A stretch of 32,953 bases of DNA from Acidimicrobium sp. BACL17 MAG-120823-bin42. Its GTDB lineage: Bacteria; Actinomycetota; Acidimicrobiia; Acidimicrobiales; Ilumatobacteraceae. The notes below the pieces were generated by a model that worked only from the letters and a program-made list of their open reading frames with translations, did no database searches and was not told the DNA's origin. Both the position numbers and the translations under genes were made by a program. The DNA is taken from positions 1 to 32,953 of the forward strand of contig LIAZ01000001.1 of the NCBI GenBank assembly GCA_001438985.1. Direction: 5' to 3'. Shown here one piece after another: positions 1 to 8,357 of the stretch. How positions within the stretch are numbered: position 1 is the stretch's first letter; each line of letters begins with the position of its first letter.

Positions 1-293
1 CCGCAGCCTCAGCGTTGCAAGAGCTGGGGTGTCAAGCAGATGTTGTTTCCATGCCATCCTTTGATCGGTTCGAAAGTCAACCGATTAAATATCAACACGA
101 AGTGTTCCCAAGTGGTGTGCCTGTGGTTTCAGTGGAAGCAGGTGTCACCTTCGGATGGTCAGAATATGCAGATGCAAGTATCGGAATTGATCGTTTTGGA
201 GCGAGTGCACCAGGGGCAACGGTGATGGAAAAACTAGGAATTTCTGTGAATAACGTGGTGCAGGTTGCTCATGAAATCGCAACGAAACGATAA
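1..293 (+). CDS. tkt: Transketolase, C-terminal fragment (5' end lies outside the window)
   Basis: The reading frame is open to the window edge, and track ORF 15..293 is its tail. VVSMPSFDRFE...SIGIDRFGASAPG is the conserved C-terminal end of transketolase. The TAA stop overlaps the tal ATG (TAATG at 291-295). Confidence 0.9.
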   Translation, partial: AASALQELGCQADVVSMPSFDRFESQPIKYQHEVFPSGVPVVSVEAGVTFGWSEYADASIGIDRFGASAPGATVMEKLGISVNNVVQVAHEIATKR

Positions 294-1402
294 TGAGTAC
301 TTCACAACATCAACCTTTAGTACAGCTTTTTGAAGTTGGTGGACAAAGTCCGTGGCTCGACAATCTGAAGCGGGAATACATTGCCCATGGAGACTTTGAG
401 CGGGTACTTGCATCTGGAATCCGAGGTTTAACGTCGAATCCCACCATCTTTCAGAAAGCGATAGAAGGTTCTGATTTGTACGATGATCAATTTCATCAAT
501 GCATAGCGCAGGGACTTACGATCGAAGAAACATATTGGGAGCTTGTGAAAAGCGACATTGTCGCTGCAGCCGATATCTTCGCACCGTTGTACAAGCAGTC
601 TGGTGGGTTAGACGGCTATGTCAGCGTCGAAGTTTCTCCGGAACTTGCCCATGACACGCTCGGGACAATTAATGCAGCCCAACTGCTGCATGATCAGATT
701 GCCTGTCCGAACGTGATGATCAAGATCCCGGCAACAGTTGAGGGAATTCCAGCAATTGAAGAGGTCATCAGCCGTGGGATCAATATCAATGTGACGTTAA
801 TTTTTAGCGTTGATCGCTACGCCGACGTGATGAAGGCGTACATCCAAGGGCTCTCTCGCTTGGCTGCCACCGCGCCTCAACGGGTCGCTCATGTTGGCTC
901 AGTTGCAAGTTTTTTCATTTCGCGAGTCGATTCAGAGATAGATAAGCGGTTAGCAGCGATTGGATCTGATAGCGCCACACAACTCATGGGTAAAGCCGCC
1001 ATTGCCCAGGCAAAAGTCGCTTATCAGTTGTTTGAAAGAACATTTTCCGGCGAGAGCTGGCACAAGCTGTCTCAGGCGGGTGCTCACGTACAACGTCCAC
1101 TATGGGCATCAACGAGCACAAAAAATCCGAGCTACCCCGACACGATGTATGTTGATCAGCTCATTGGTCCCCATTCAGTCAACACGCTCCCCGATCAAAC
1201 CATGGATGCATTCATCCAGCGAGGAACCATCAGCACCACGATCACTCAAGATGTTCAACGTGCACACGAAGTGTGGGATGCACTATCACAATGCGATATC
1301 GATCCAAACGAAATTGCTCAACAACTCGAGACCGAAGGTGTGGCATCGTTTCAAAAAAGCTTTCGGGATCTATTGGCAGTACTTGCAGCAAAAGCCAAAT
1401 AA
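293..1402 (+). CDS. tal: Transaldolase (long actinobacterial type)
   Basis: 369 aa. Family hallmarks are GLTSNPTIF, YVSVEVSP and the Schiff-base lysine context VMIKIPAT. It directly follows tkt with a 1-nt overlap. Confidence 0.95.
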   Translation: MSTSQHQPLVQLFEVGGQSPWLDNLKREYIAHGDFERVLASGIRGLTSNPTIFQKAIEGSDLYDDQFHQCIAQGLTIEETYWELVKSDIVAAADIFAPLYKQSGGLDGYVSVEVSPELAHDTLGTINAAQLLHDQIACPNVMIKIPATVEGIPAIEEVISRGININVTLIFSVDRYADVMKAYIQGLSRLAATAPQRVAHVGSVASFFISRVDSEIDKRLAAIGSDSATQLMGKAAIAQAKVAYQLFERTFSGESWHKLSQAGAHVQRPLWASTSTKNPSYPDTMYVDQLIGPHSVNTLPDQTMDAFIQRGTISTTITQDVQRAHEVWDALSQCDIDPNEIAQQLETEGVASFQKSFRDLLAVLAAKAK

Positions 1403-1405
1403 ATC

Positions 1406-2431
1406 ATGGTTGACAACGGACTCAACCGCGCTTTAGACGATGCGATAAGCCAGCTGATTGCCAACCACGGAGGCGGCCATGACACCGACTATGTCAAACA
1501 CCTCATCGTCACCGCGCTCGGACTAGGCCAAGACAAAACATCAACTCTGGATCTCAAGATTGCTTCCTCGGCACTGAAGGAAATGCGCGAAGCATTCTCG
1601 ATGTTTGATCCGTATGCAGATCGTAAAAAGGTAACCATATTCGGATCGGCACGCACCAAAAAAGATGACCCACTGTATTTGCACACGCAACATGTCGCTG
1701 CCGAGTTGGCAGAACGTGGATGGATGGTGGTTACTGGAGCAGGACCAGGGATTATGGAAGCAGGAATGGTTGGGGCTGGAAGAGATCAATCAATTGGAGT
1801 ATCAATCAGACTCCCTTTTGAGGCAAGCGCGAATCCAATCATCGCCGGAGACGGAAAATTTGTTGAAATGCGCTACTTCTTCACGAGAAAGCTCATGTTG
1901 ATGAAAGATTCTCAGGCATTTATTTGTATGCCAGGTGGATTTGGAACATTAGATGAAACATTTGAATTGCTGACGTTGATGCAAACTGGCCGTGGTGCTA
2001 TCGCCCCAACCGTGCTCCTAGATTTACCCGGTGACCATTTTTGGCAGACAATGGACACGTTTGTTCGCAACGAATTGCTTCCACGGGGGTTGATTTCGGC
2101 ATCGGATTTAGGCCTCTACAAAGTGTGCGAAACCACCAGTGCCGCAGTGGCAGAAATCGATAACTTCTACCGCGTCTTTCACTCAATCAGATTTGTCGGA
2201 AAATTCCTGATCATCCGTATGCACAAGCAAATATCCGAAACATACCTGCATTCCATGCAGGCCGAATTTGCACACCTGCGAAAGCAAGGGTTATTCGAAT
2301 TCTGTGAGCCAACACCACAGGAGATTCATACCAACGACAATCTCGACAAATCGCGATTCAAATTCGAATTTGTTCGCAACGACCTCGGTGGGTTGAGATC
2401 ACTCATTAACCGAATTAATCAAGCCGACTAA
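1406..2431 (+). CDS. LOG/TIGR00730-family protein, long form (PpnN/YgdH-like nucleotide 5'-monophosphate nucleosidase candidate)
   Basis: Rossmann core motifs are VTIFGSAR, VVTGAGPGIMEAG and PGGFGTLDETFE. It also has a ~75-aa N-terminal and a ~85-aa C-terminal extension. The functional call is family-level only. Confidence 0.8.
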   Translation: MVDNGLNRALDDAISQLIANHGGGHDTDYVKHLIVTALGLGQDKTSTLDLKIASSALKEMREAFSMFDPYADRKKVTIFGSARTKKDDPLYLHTQHVAAELAERGWMVVTGAGPGIMEAGMVGAGRDQSIGVSIRLPFEASANPIIAGDGKFVEMRYFFTRKLMLMKDSQAFICMPGGFGTLDETFELLTLMQTGRGAIAPTVLLDLPGDHFWQTMDTFVRNELLPRGLISASDLGLYKVCETTSAAVAEIDNFYRVFHSIRFVGKFLIIRMHKQISETYLHSMQAEFAHLRKQGLFEFCEPTPQEIHTNDNLDKSRFKFEFVRNDLGGLRSLINRINQAD

Positions 2432-2609
2432 GTACACCAATCGCTTTTTCGACTGCCCTACGGGCCTGAGTGATCTGGCGCTCCCGCTCAGGGCGCTTAG
2501 CTTGCCCTTCTCGGTGTGCCTCTTTAAGCGCATCTAACGATTTATCAGCAAGATCTTCAGATACCCCTTGCAAGGTGGAAATGATTTCTTCAACGGATGC
2601 CACAAACAA
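2415..2609 (-). CDS. Hypothetical small protein (64 aa, charged, helix-prone)
   Basis: TTG-initiated ORF that fills the otherwise unexplained 2432-2636 gap. Composition is rich in E/K/R/A/L. It overlaps the convergent LOG stop by 17 nt. No family is recognised. Coding status is inferred mainly from the very high coding density of the window. Confidence 0.35.
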   Translation of the reverse strand: MFVASVEEIISTLQGVSEDLADKSLDALKEAHREGQAKRPERERQITQARRAVEKAIGVLSRLD

Positions 2610-2636
2610 ACTGTACTTCGTCTATCGTTATCGCTC

Positions 2637-3368
2637 GTGCCAAAGCCTAAAGACCTCCACGAATATGTCAGCTTCTCTGATCCCAACTCGGATCAGACCT
2701 GGATGATCGATGCAACCTATTTGCAGTCCAATTGGACGTGTATTTATGGCTCGGGATGCAAGGGGGTCCTTGATGATGATGCAACAAAGTTGCAGCACGG
2801 TTGTTGCAGTTACGGCGCCCACTTTATTGATAAGAAAGACCTTGCTTCAGTAAAAAAGTCAGTTGCCCGCCTTACTCCAGACCAATGGCAGAACATGGAT
2901 CGCGGCAAGAACGGTAAATGGTTAGGCAAAGAACGCGATGGCGCAGATGTCACGCGCAAGGTAAACGGTGTGTGCATATTTCACAATGACGCCGATTTTC
3001 CCGGTGGGCTCGGCTGTGCGTTTCATATTGCAGCTCTCGAGGCAGGCGAACGTCCGATGGATTGGAAGCCTGATGTATGTTGGCAAGTTCCACTTCGATT
3101 GGAAGAGTTCACCGAAGATGATGGTCATGTGGTTTCTTTTGTACGCGAATGGAAACGTCGCGACTGGGGTGAGGGCGGCCATGACTTCCATTGGTGGTGC
3201 ACAGATGATTCAAAGGCATTTGTCGGCAAGAATCCCGTGTATGAATACCTGAAAGATGAACTCACCGAATTAGTTGGGCCAGCGATCTACAAGATGATTG
3301 TCGACACGCTGTCACGAGATACTTCAGTTGCACTTCCCCATCCAAAGATGAAGAAACCAAAAAACTAG
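2637..3368 (+). CDS. Conserved Cys-rich protein of unknown function
   Basis: This is track ORF 2568..3368. Its first 23 codons read as low-quality sequence and overlap the antisense small ORF. I therefore prefer the in-frame GTG at 2637 (VPKPKDLHEYVSF...). Eight Cys lie in motif-like contexts: WTCIYGSGC, HGCCSYG, GVCIFH, GLGCAFH, DVCWQ, WWCTD. Confidence 0.7.
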   Translation: MPKPKDLHEYVSFSDPNSDQTWMIDATYLQSNWTCIYGSGCKGVLDDDATKLQHGCCSYGAHFIDKKDLASVKKSVARLTPDQWQNMDRGKNGKWLGKERDGADVTRKVNGVCIFHNDADFPGGLGCAFHIAALEAGERPMDWKPDVCWQVPLRLEEFTEDDGHVVSFVREWKRRDWGEGGHDFHWWCTDDSKAFVGKNPVYEYLKDELTELVGPAIYKMIVDTLSRDTSVALPHPKMKKPKN

Positions 3369-5212
3369 TTATTTGATTTCTTGGTGTATTTGCGACGCTC
3401 TTCGAGTGTCAGATAGCGCTTGCGAATTCGAATGAAGTTTGGTGTAACTTCAACCAACTCGTCATCACCGATCCATTCGATAGCTGTTTCCAGAGTATGG
3501 GTGACTGGCGTAGCAAGTTTCGGGCCATCATCGTGGCTGTGAGTACGAATGTTGGTCTTCTCTTTTGCGCGGACGGCGTTGACCACCATTTCGTCATCAC
3601 GTGAATTCTCGCCGACAACCATTCCTTCATAGGTGTCATCGCCTGGAGAAACGAACAAGGTTCCACGAAGTTGCAAGTTGTCCAATGCATAAGCAGTCGT
3701 TGTACCCATGCGGTCGGCGATCATTGCACCACCTAGGCGATGCGGAAGCTCGCCGCACCACGGCATCCAGCCTGCAAGGCTTTGATGAAGTAGCGCAGTA
3801 CCACGAGTTACGGTGAGTAGCAGCGAGCGGAATCCGATTAATCCGCGTGAGGGGGCCTCAAAGCTCACAATCGTTCGTCCTGGATCGCCTGGGCGAAGAT
3901 CGGTGATGCGGCCTTTGCGGGGTGCAAGCGCCTGTGTAATTGCTCCAACATATTCTTCGGGAACGTCACACGTACCTGATTCAAGCGGCTCATGTCTTTT
4001 TCCGTCGATGTCTTTGGTGATTACTTCTGGACGACTGACTTGAAGTTCGAAACCTTCTCGACGCATGTTCTCAATGAGCACTGCAAGTTGCAATTCTCCT
4101 CGCCCTGCAACTTCCATTACTTCAGCAACTTCGGTGTTAGAAATTTTGATACTTACGTTGCCTAGGATTTCTTTGTTCAAGCGATCACGTAAGTGGCGAC
4201 TGGTGAGATACTTGCCGTCACGACCAGCGTATGGCGAAGTGTTTACGCCAAAACTCATACGCAAGACTGGTTCATCTACTTCCAACCGCGGAAGCGCAAC
4301 CGGATTATCAACTGAGGCGATGGTGTCGCCAACTTCTACTTCTTCAATACCAGAGAGAATGAACAAGTCACCCGCGACAATTTCAGTTGCATCAGAGCGT
4401 TCAATGCCTGAGAACTGAAACAGCGAACTGAGTTTCCTTTTAAGAATTGGTGCAGGATTAGTTTCGGTTGGCTTTTGGCATACCGCAACGTTGTCGCCTT
4501 TGCGAAGTACTCCGGAAATCACTCGACCAATTGCCAAGCGACCGAGATAGTCAGACGCATCGAGGTTTGTCACCATCGCTTGCAATGGTGCTGTTGGATC
4601 ATTGGTTGGTGCTGGAATATGTTCAACAATGGCATCGAGCAATGGACTGAGGTCTGAATCAGGTGCTGGCATCCCTAGACCCTCCATCGCCCTGCTTTCA
4701 CGGGCGACCGCAGAGTACACAGGGAATGACAAATGGTGATCCGCGTGAGCGAGGTCAAGAAATAATTGTTCAACTTCAAGCAACACTTCTTCTTTACGCT
4801 CATCTTGACGGTCAACCTTATTGATCACCAAGATCACGGGAAGATCTAGTGCCAGAGCCTTCGATAACACATACCGCGTCTGCGGCAAAGGGCCTTCGGC
4901 GGCGTCGACAAGCAACAAAATGCCGTCAACAAGAGCTAATGCTCGCTCTACCTCGCCACCAAAGTCAGCGTGGCCAGGGGTGTCCACCAAGTTGATCTTG
5001 GTGCCCTTCCACTCGATCTGGGCAGCCTTTGCAAGGATGGTGATTCCTCGCTCGCGCTCTTGATCGTCATTGTCCATCACGCGCTCAATCACCGCAGCGT
5101 GTGCGGCAAAGGTGCCGGTACTACGCAGTAAAGCATCTACGAGGGTTGTTTTGCCATGGTCTACGTGGGCGACCAACGCAATATTGCGCAGCTTGTCAGA
5201 TTGTTGTGTCAT
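3365..5212 (-). CDS. typA: Translational GTPase TypA/BipA
   Basis: 615 aa. G motifs are AHVDHGKTT, DTPGHADF and NKVD. EF-G-like domains and the TypA-specific C-terminal domain are present. A TACAAT box (minus strand, 5229..5224) lies 11 nt upstream of the ATG. Confidence 0.95.
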   Translation of the reverse strand: MTQQSDKLRNIALVAHVDHGKTTLVDALLRSTGTFAAHAAVIERVMDNDDQERERGITILAKAAQIEWKGTKINLVDTPGHADFGGEVERALALVDGILLLVDAAEGPLPQTRYVLSKALALDLPVILVINKVDRQDERKEEVLLEVEQLFLDLAHADHHLSFPVYSAVARESRAMEGLGMPAPDSDLSPLLDAIVEHIPAPTNDPTAPLQAMVTNLDASDYLGRLAIGRVISGVLRKGDNVAVCQKPTETNPAPILKRKLSSLFQFSGIERSDATEIVAGDLFILSGIEEVEVGDTIASVDNPVALPRLEVDEPVLRMSFGVNTSPYAGRDGKYLTSRHLRDRLNKEILGNVSIKISNTEVAEVMEVAGRGELQLAVLIENMRREGFELQVSRPEVITKDIDGKRHEPLESGTCDVPEEYVGAITQALAPRKGRITDLRPGDPGRTIVSFEAPSRGLIGFRSLLLTVTRGTALLHQSLAGWMPWCGELPHRLGGAMIADRMGTTTAYALDNLQLRGTLFVSPGDDTYEGMVVGENSRDDEMVVNAVRAKEKTNIRTHSHDDGPKLATPVTHTLETAIEWIGDDELVEVTPNFIRIRKRYLTLEERRKYTKKSNN

Positions 5213-5248
5213 TGTGGGGGTGAATTGTAAAAGCCGAACAGGGCTGAT

Positions 5249-5479
5249 CTAGTTCTCGTCCTCTTCGCTTTCTTCTTCATCATCGTCGAACCGCACTCCG
5301 TAGCGTTCTGCTATGGCTGCATATTCGTCTTCTTCCGTCTGCGGCGAACGCGAACGCCCGCCAAAACCTAAATCTTCGGCCGTTGGGCCTGATTGCTTCA
5401 ATCTGCGCGCTTCTTCAAAGCGACGATGACGACCCTTCTTCACGGTAGGGGCTCCGAACTGTGATCGGACGACTACCAC
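5249..5479 (-). CDS. Small protein with basic N-terminus and poly-acidic C-terminal tail
   Basis: 76-codon GTG ORF. An in-frame GTG at 5443 has GGAG 8 nt upstream and would give a 64-aa product, MKKGRHRRFEEARRLKQ...DDDEEESEEDEN. The architecture is reminiscent of small actinobacterial DUF3073-type proteins, but I cannot confirm the family. Confidence 0.5.
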   Translation of the reverse strand: MVVVRSQFGAPTVKKGRHRRFEEARRLKQSGPTAEDLGFGGRSRSPQTEEDEYAAIAERYGVRFDDDEEESEEDEN

Positions 5480-5546
5480 CTAGGTAGCCGCCTATTGAAT
5501 AAACATCGCCGTGTACTCTAGCCGTTAACGGCTGCTAATTATGGCT

Positions 5547-6692
5547 TTATCGCAAGGTTGTTGGCAGTAATCGAAGCCGACCATGTCCATCGAAGCTCAA
5601 ACCTGCTTCGCCACTCAAAATACGTTCAATGTCATGACCGACCATTTCCGCTCTCCAGCCTGTGGATAACCGTGATGAGCGGTTTGGCCGTAACAAATCC
5701 ATGATGTCCTGACGAGTTCCAAGCAGCGTTGCATCTATGTCATGAATTCGAGCTAACTCTCCTATCCACGCAGCAATAAGACTCATGGCAGGTCGGAACT
5801 CTTTATCAACATCATCAGCATCAGTCTGAGGAAACCGTGCTTCTATCAATCTTCCATCCCGGACCGTTGCGATGATTTCAGACGATAGAGATGAACCGAG
5901 TTGGCGACTCTCTACTCCTCTGATTTGGCTCAGGTCTTCAACAGTTTCTGGCATTGCGTGTGCTATCCCGATTAAGGCAATATCTGAAAGCACACGACGT
6001 GGTGGAATATCACTTGCAATGGCTTTTAATTCTCGCCATTGTGCAAGCGCTTGCGCAGTGCCGCGCGATGCCGGCTTCAGTGTTCGCACCTCTTTGATCT
6101 TTAACCAAGCATCTCGCGGTTCAGACGGACTCGTTGGACGCGAGCGCAGTTCCTCGCAAGCTTCTTGCGCCCATGACACTCTTCCCAATTGTTCAAGCTT
6201 TTCGTTGATCTTGTCGTGCAAAATGAACAAGTATTCGACGTCACTTGCTGCATAATTCATTTGATCCGCGCTGAGTGGTCGACGTAACCAGTCTGTAAGC
6301 CGATCGCCTTTAGGTAGCGAGATCTTCAACTCGTTCTGGACAAGCGAAGCAAGAGACGGCGTAGATAAACCAGTGAATCCAGATGACAGCTGCGTGTCGA
6401 AAATACGTTTTGGTATTGCCCCAACGGCATGTTGCAGCACTTCCATATCCTGCTGTGCGGCATGAACCACGCACAAGGAGTCGGAATCAAATAAACGTGA
6501 AAAGGCAGACGTATCAACTGCTAGCGGATCGATGATTGCAGTTGTTTCGTGAGTCTTTATCTGAACAAGAGCGAGCTTGGGAAAGTAGGTCTTCTCGCGA
6601 TGAAACTCGGTGTCAAGGGCGTAGCGGTCCCGCGACACCGCATTGTCGATCAACTCGCTCAGGGCGGCATCGGTGTCCACCCATAACACCAT
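5547..6692 (-). CDS. rnd: Ribonuclease D (DEDD 3'-5' exonuclease + HRDC domains)
   Basis: 381 aa. Exo motifs are YALDTEF (DxE), HAAQQDMEVL and YAASDVEYL. An HRDC-like region follows (ALAQWRELKA...). The start overlaps the rhodanese stop (TAATG). Confidence 0.85.
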   Translation of the reverse strand: MVLWVDTDAALSELIDNAVSRDRYALDTEFHREKTYFPKLALVQIKTHETTAIIDPLAVDTSAFSRLFDSDSLCVVHAAQQDMEVLQHAVGAIPKRIFDTQLSSGFTGLSTPSLASLVQNELKISLPKGDRLTDWLRRPLSADQMNYAASDVEYLFILHDKINEKLEQLGRVSWAQEACEELRSRPTSPSEPRDAWLKIKEVRTLKPASRGTAQALAQWRELKAIASDIPPRRVLSDIALIGIAHAMPETVEDLSQIRGVESRQLGSSLSSEIIATVRDGRLIEARFPQTDADDVDKEFRPAMSLIAAWIGELARIHDIDATLLGTRQDIMDLLRPNRSSRLSTGWRAEMVGHDIERILSGEAGLSFDGHGRLRLLPTTLR

Positions 6693-7006
6693 TATGCGCC
6701 GGTTTCTACTTCGTTACCAAGTGCTATCCACCCAGATGTACCACCCGCAACGTTGACTACGTTGGTGATACCTGCATCGTGCAAGAACTCACATGCACGC
6801 ATACTCCTGGCTCCTGAATGACAGATCACATACACCTTGTCATTACTGCGAAATTTCTCCATGTTTTCAAGAACGCTCGACAGCGGAATCGATTGTGCAG
6901 TAGGTACATGGCCATCCACAAACTCTGATGGTTCACGAACGTCAACCAACTTGGCACCTGTTGGTAAACATGTTGCTAATTCGGTCACTGAAATTTCATC
7001 AATCAT
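6692..7006 (-). CDS. Single-domain rhodanese-like sulfurtransferase
   Basis: 104 aa. The active-site loop is CHSGARS and the flanking motif is DVREPSEF. Confidence 0.85.
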   Translation of the reverse strand: MIDEISVTELATCLPTGAKLVDVREPSEFVDGHVPTAQSIPLSSVLENMEKFRSNDKVYVICHSGARSMRACEFLHDAGITNVVNVAGGTSGWIALGNEVETGA

Positions 7007-7015
7007 GTCTCAATC

Positions 7016-7594
7016 CTATGCAAGGTCGTTGGGTGAATTGATGTTCCGTAACTCACGCTCATCAAAGGGCTCAAAGTGGACGTCAAGACCGGCTACGGCA
7101 CGATGGATTGCTCGCTCTCCCGTATCAAACAGATCACACAGATGTCTTCTGCACGCATCAGCATTCCAGCAACTAAGTAGCCAATGAGCATTTTCTTGCT
7201 TTTTGCTATCAACAGCCACCACAGCAGCAAATTGATCCATTTGAGCAAGTAATCGAGCGAATGATTCGGCAGAAAAATACGGTGTGTCGCACGGTGCAAC
7301 GAGCACAAACTCCGCAGTTACCGAATCAAGTGCATCACACAACGCTCCTAAGGGGCCCGAACCCTCACGTTTCCCGATCAACACTCCACTGTGAGAAAAC
7401 TTCGCGTTATCGCGAGCGCCGACAAAGATGGGATCACAATCAGCCGCAGCACCGATGTGAACAGCAACCCACTCGATCATTGGCATTCCATCTATTTCGA
7501 AGAGTGCCTTGTTTGATCCAAAGCGACTGCTTGAACCGCCAGTAAATACAAACGCTGCGACGTGACTTTTAGCCAAGTTATTTGGGTTTGCCAT
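7016..7594 (-). CDS. mobA: Molybdenum cofactor guanylyltransferase (MobA-like)
   Basis: FVFTGGSSSRFGSNKAL (LAGGxxxRMGxxK-type), GPLGAL, APCDTPY and a C-terminal NINSPNDL. The track ORF extends to 7642. I prefer the ATG at 7594 (MANPNN...), with a TTG at 7576 as an alternative. Confidence 0.75.
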   Translation of the reverse strand: MANPNNLAKSHVAAFVFTGGSSSRFGSNKALFEIDGMPMIEWVAVHIGAAADCDPIFVGARDNAKFSHSGVLIGKREGSGPLGALCDALDSVTAEFVLVAPCDTPYFSAESFARLLAQMDQFAAVVAVDSKKQENAHWLLSCWNADACRRHLCDLFDTGERAIHRAVAGLDVHFEPFDERELRNINSPNDLA

Positions 7595-8006
7595 TGGGGT
7601 CGCATTGCAACAAAAATTGTGAGCATCGAGTTGCCTCATCAATCTCGCCGATCATGCCTGCGGTGCGTGCAAGGCCATCCAAGCAACGTAGGAAGCCATG
7701 ATTAGAAGGCGCCGACCAACGCACATAACCACTGCCCTTCCAACCATTTGCGCGCAACGCGTCTAATCCTCGGTGATAACCAACGCGATACGCCATGTAG
7801 CTCTCGATCGTGTCACGCGCACAGTCACCTAATGCTGCCCATGCATCAAGGAAGCGAGGGTTCGAGGCAACGACACGTGCAACCGCATCGCGCTGTTGAT
7901 GTGCGGGAGACGCCATCGCAGCATCCAATGCCGAAGCGAGATCGGCTCGAACCTCTGGCAGTACAACATCAGGGGGACCAACACCAGATACATTCACGTT
8001 TGACAT
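7578..8006 (-). CDS. DUF3151-like conserved actinobacterial protein
   Basis: NPRFLDAWAALGD...YRVGYHRGLDALRANGWKGSGYVRW...GFLRCL matches my recollection of the DUF3151 family. The preferred start is the ATG at 8006 (MSNVNV...), which has a TACGGT -10-like box 6 nt upstream. The track ORF extends to 8078. Confidence 0.7.
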   Translation of the reverse strand: MSNVNVSGVGPPDVVLPEVRADLASALDAAMASPAHQQRDAVARVVASNPRFLDAWAALGDCARDTIESYMAYRVGYHRGLDALRANGWKGSGYVRWSAPSNHGFLRCLDGLARTAGMIGEIDEATRCSQFLLQCDPNGKPK

Positions 8007-8117
8007 GCGTTTACCGTATCCCAGATGCGCTGTACCGCGTGGTTTTGCTGGCAGAATACGAGTGTGGATTGGTTTCAATTTGACGCTGACAGCGTGAAGA
8101 ACTATTCGTTGTTCGCA

Positions 8118-8357
8118 ATGGCGGGATCGTTTATTGGGTTGCTGCTCGTTCTTAAATTTGCTAAGTCAGTCGTGTCAAAACTCTTGCTCCTGATCATGTT
8201 TGTTGCAATTGGAGTACTCGCATTTACACAACGGGATGCTGTAAATGCGTGTATCGCATCAGCAAAGGATCAGGCAGAAGCAGGCACGCCTCTGAATACC
8301 ACCTGCACTTTTTTTGGACAGGAAGTTTCACTTTCTTCGATCACTCAGAATCCATGA
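8118..8357 (+). CDS. Small membrane protein (two predicted TM helices)
   Basis: MAGSFIGLLLVLKFAKSVVSKLLLLIMFVAIGVLAF is followed by a short soluble tail. The stop overlaps the aminopeptidase start (ATGA at 8354-8357). The start is uncertain; the track ORF begins at 8025. Confidence 0.5.
   Translation: MAGSFIGLLLVLKFAKSVVSKLLLLIMFVAIGVLAFTQRDAVNACIASAKDQAEAGTPLNTTCTFFGQEVSLSSITQNP

Noticed and set aside
2568-2636. 5' extensions of many track ORFs: 2568, 7642, 8078, 8025, 8249, 19836, 22709, 24010, 24714, 29838 and 29911.
   Set aside because: The track uses the longest ATG/GTG/TTG ORF. The extensions translate to junk-like residues and overlap neighbouring genes or their RBSs. Internal starts give canonical family N-termini or signal peptides, so I trimmed the extensions. 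Exact starts remain uncertain by a few codons.
5520-5533. Perfect 14-nt palindrome AGCCGTTAACGGCT, 14 nt downstream of the rnd stop.
   Set aside because: It could be a small terminator hairpin or an operator. However, the stem is only ~5 bp around a 4-nt loop, there is no U-tract on either strand, and I saw no second copy. That is too weak to call.
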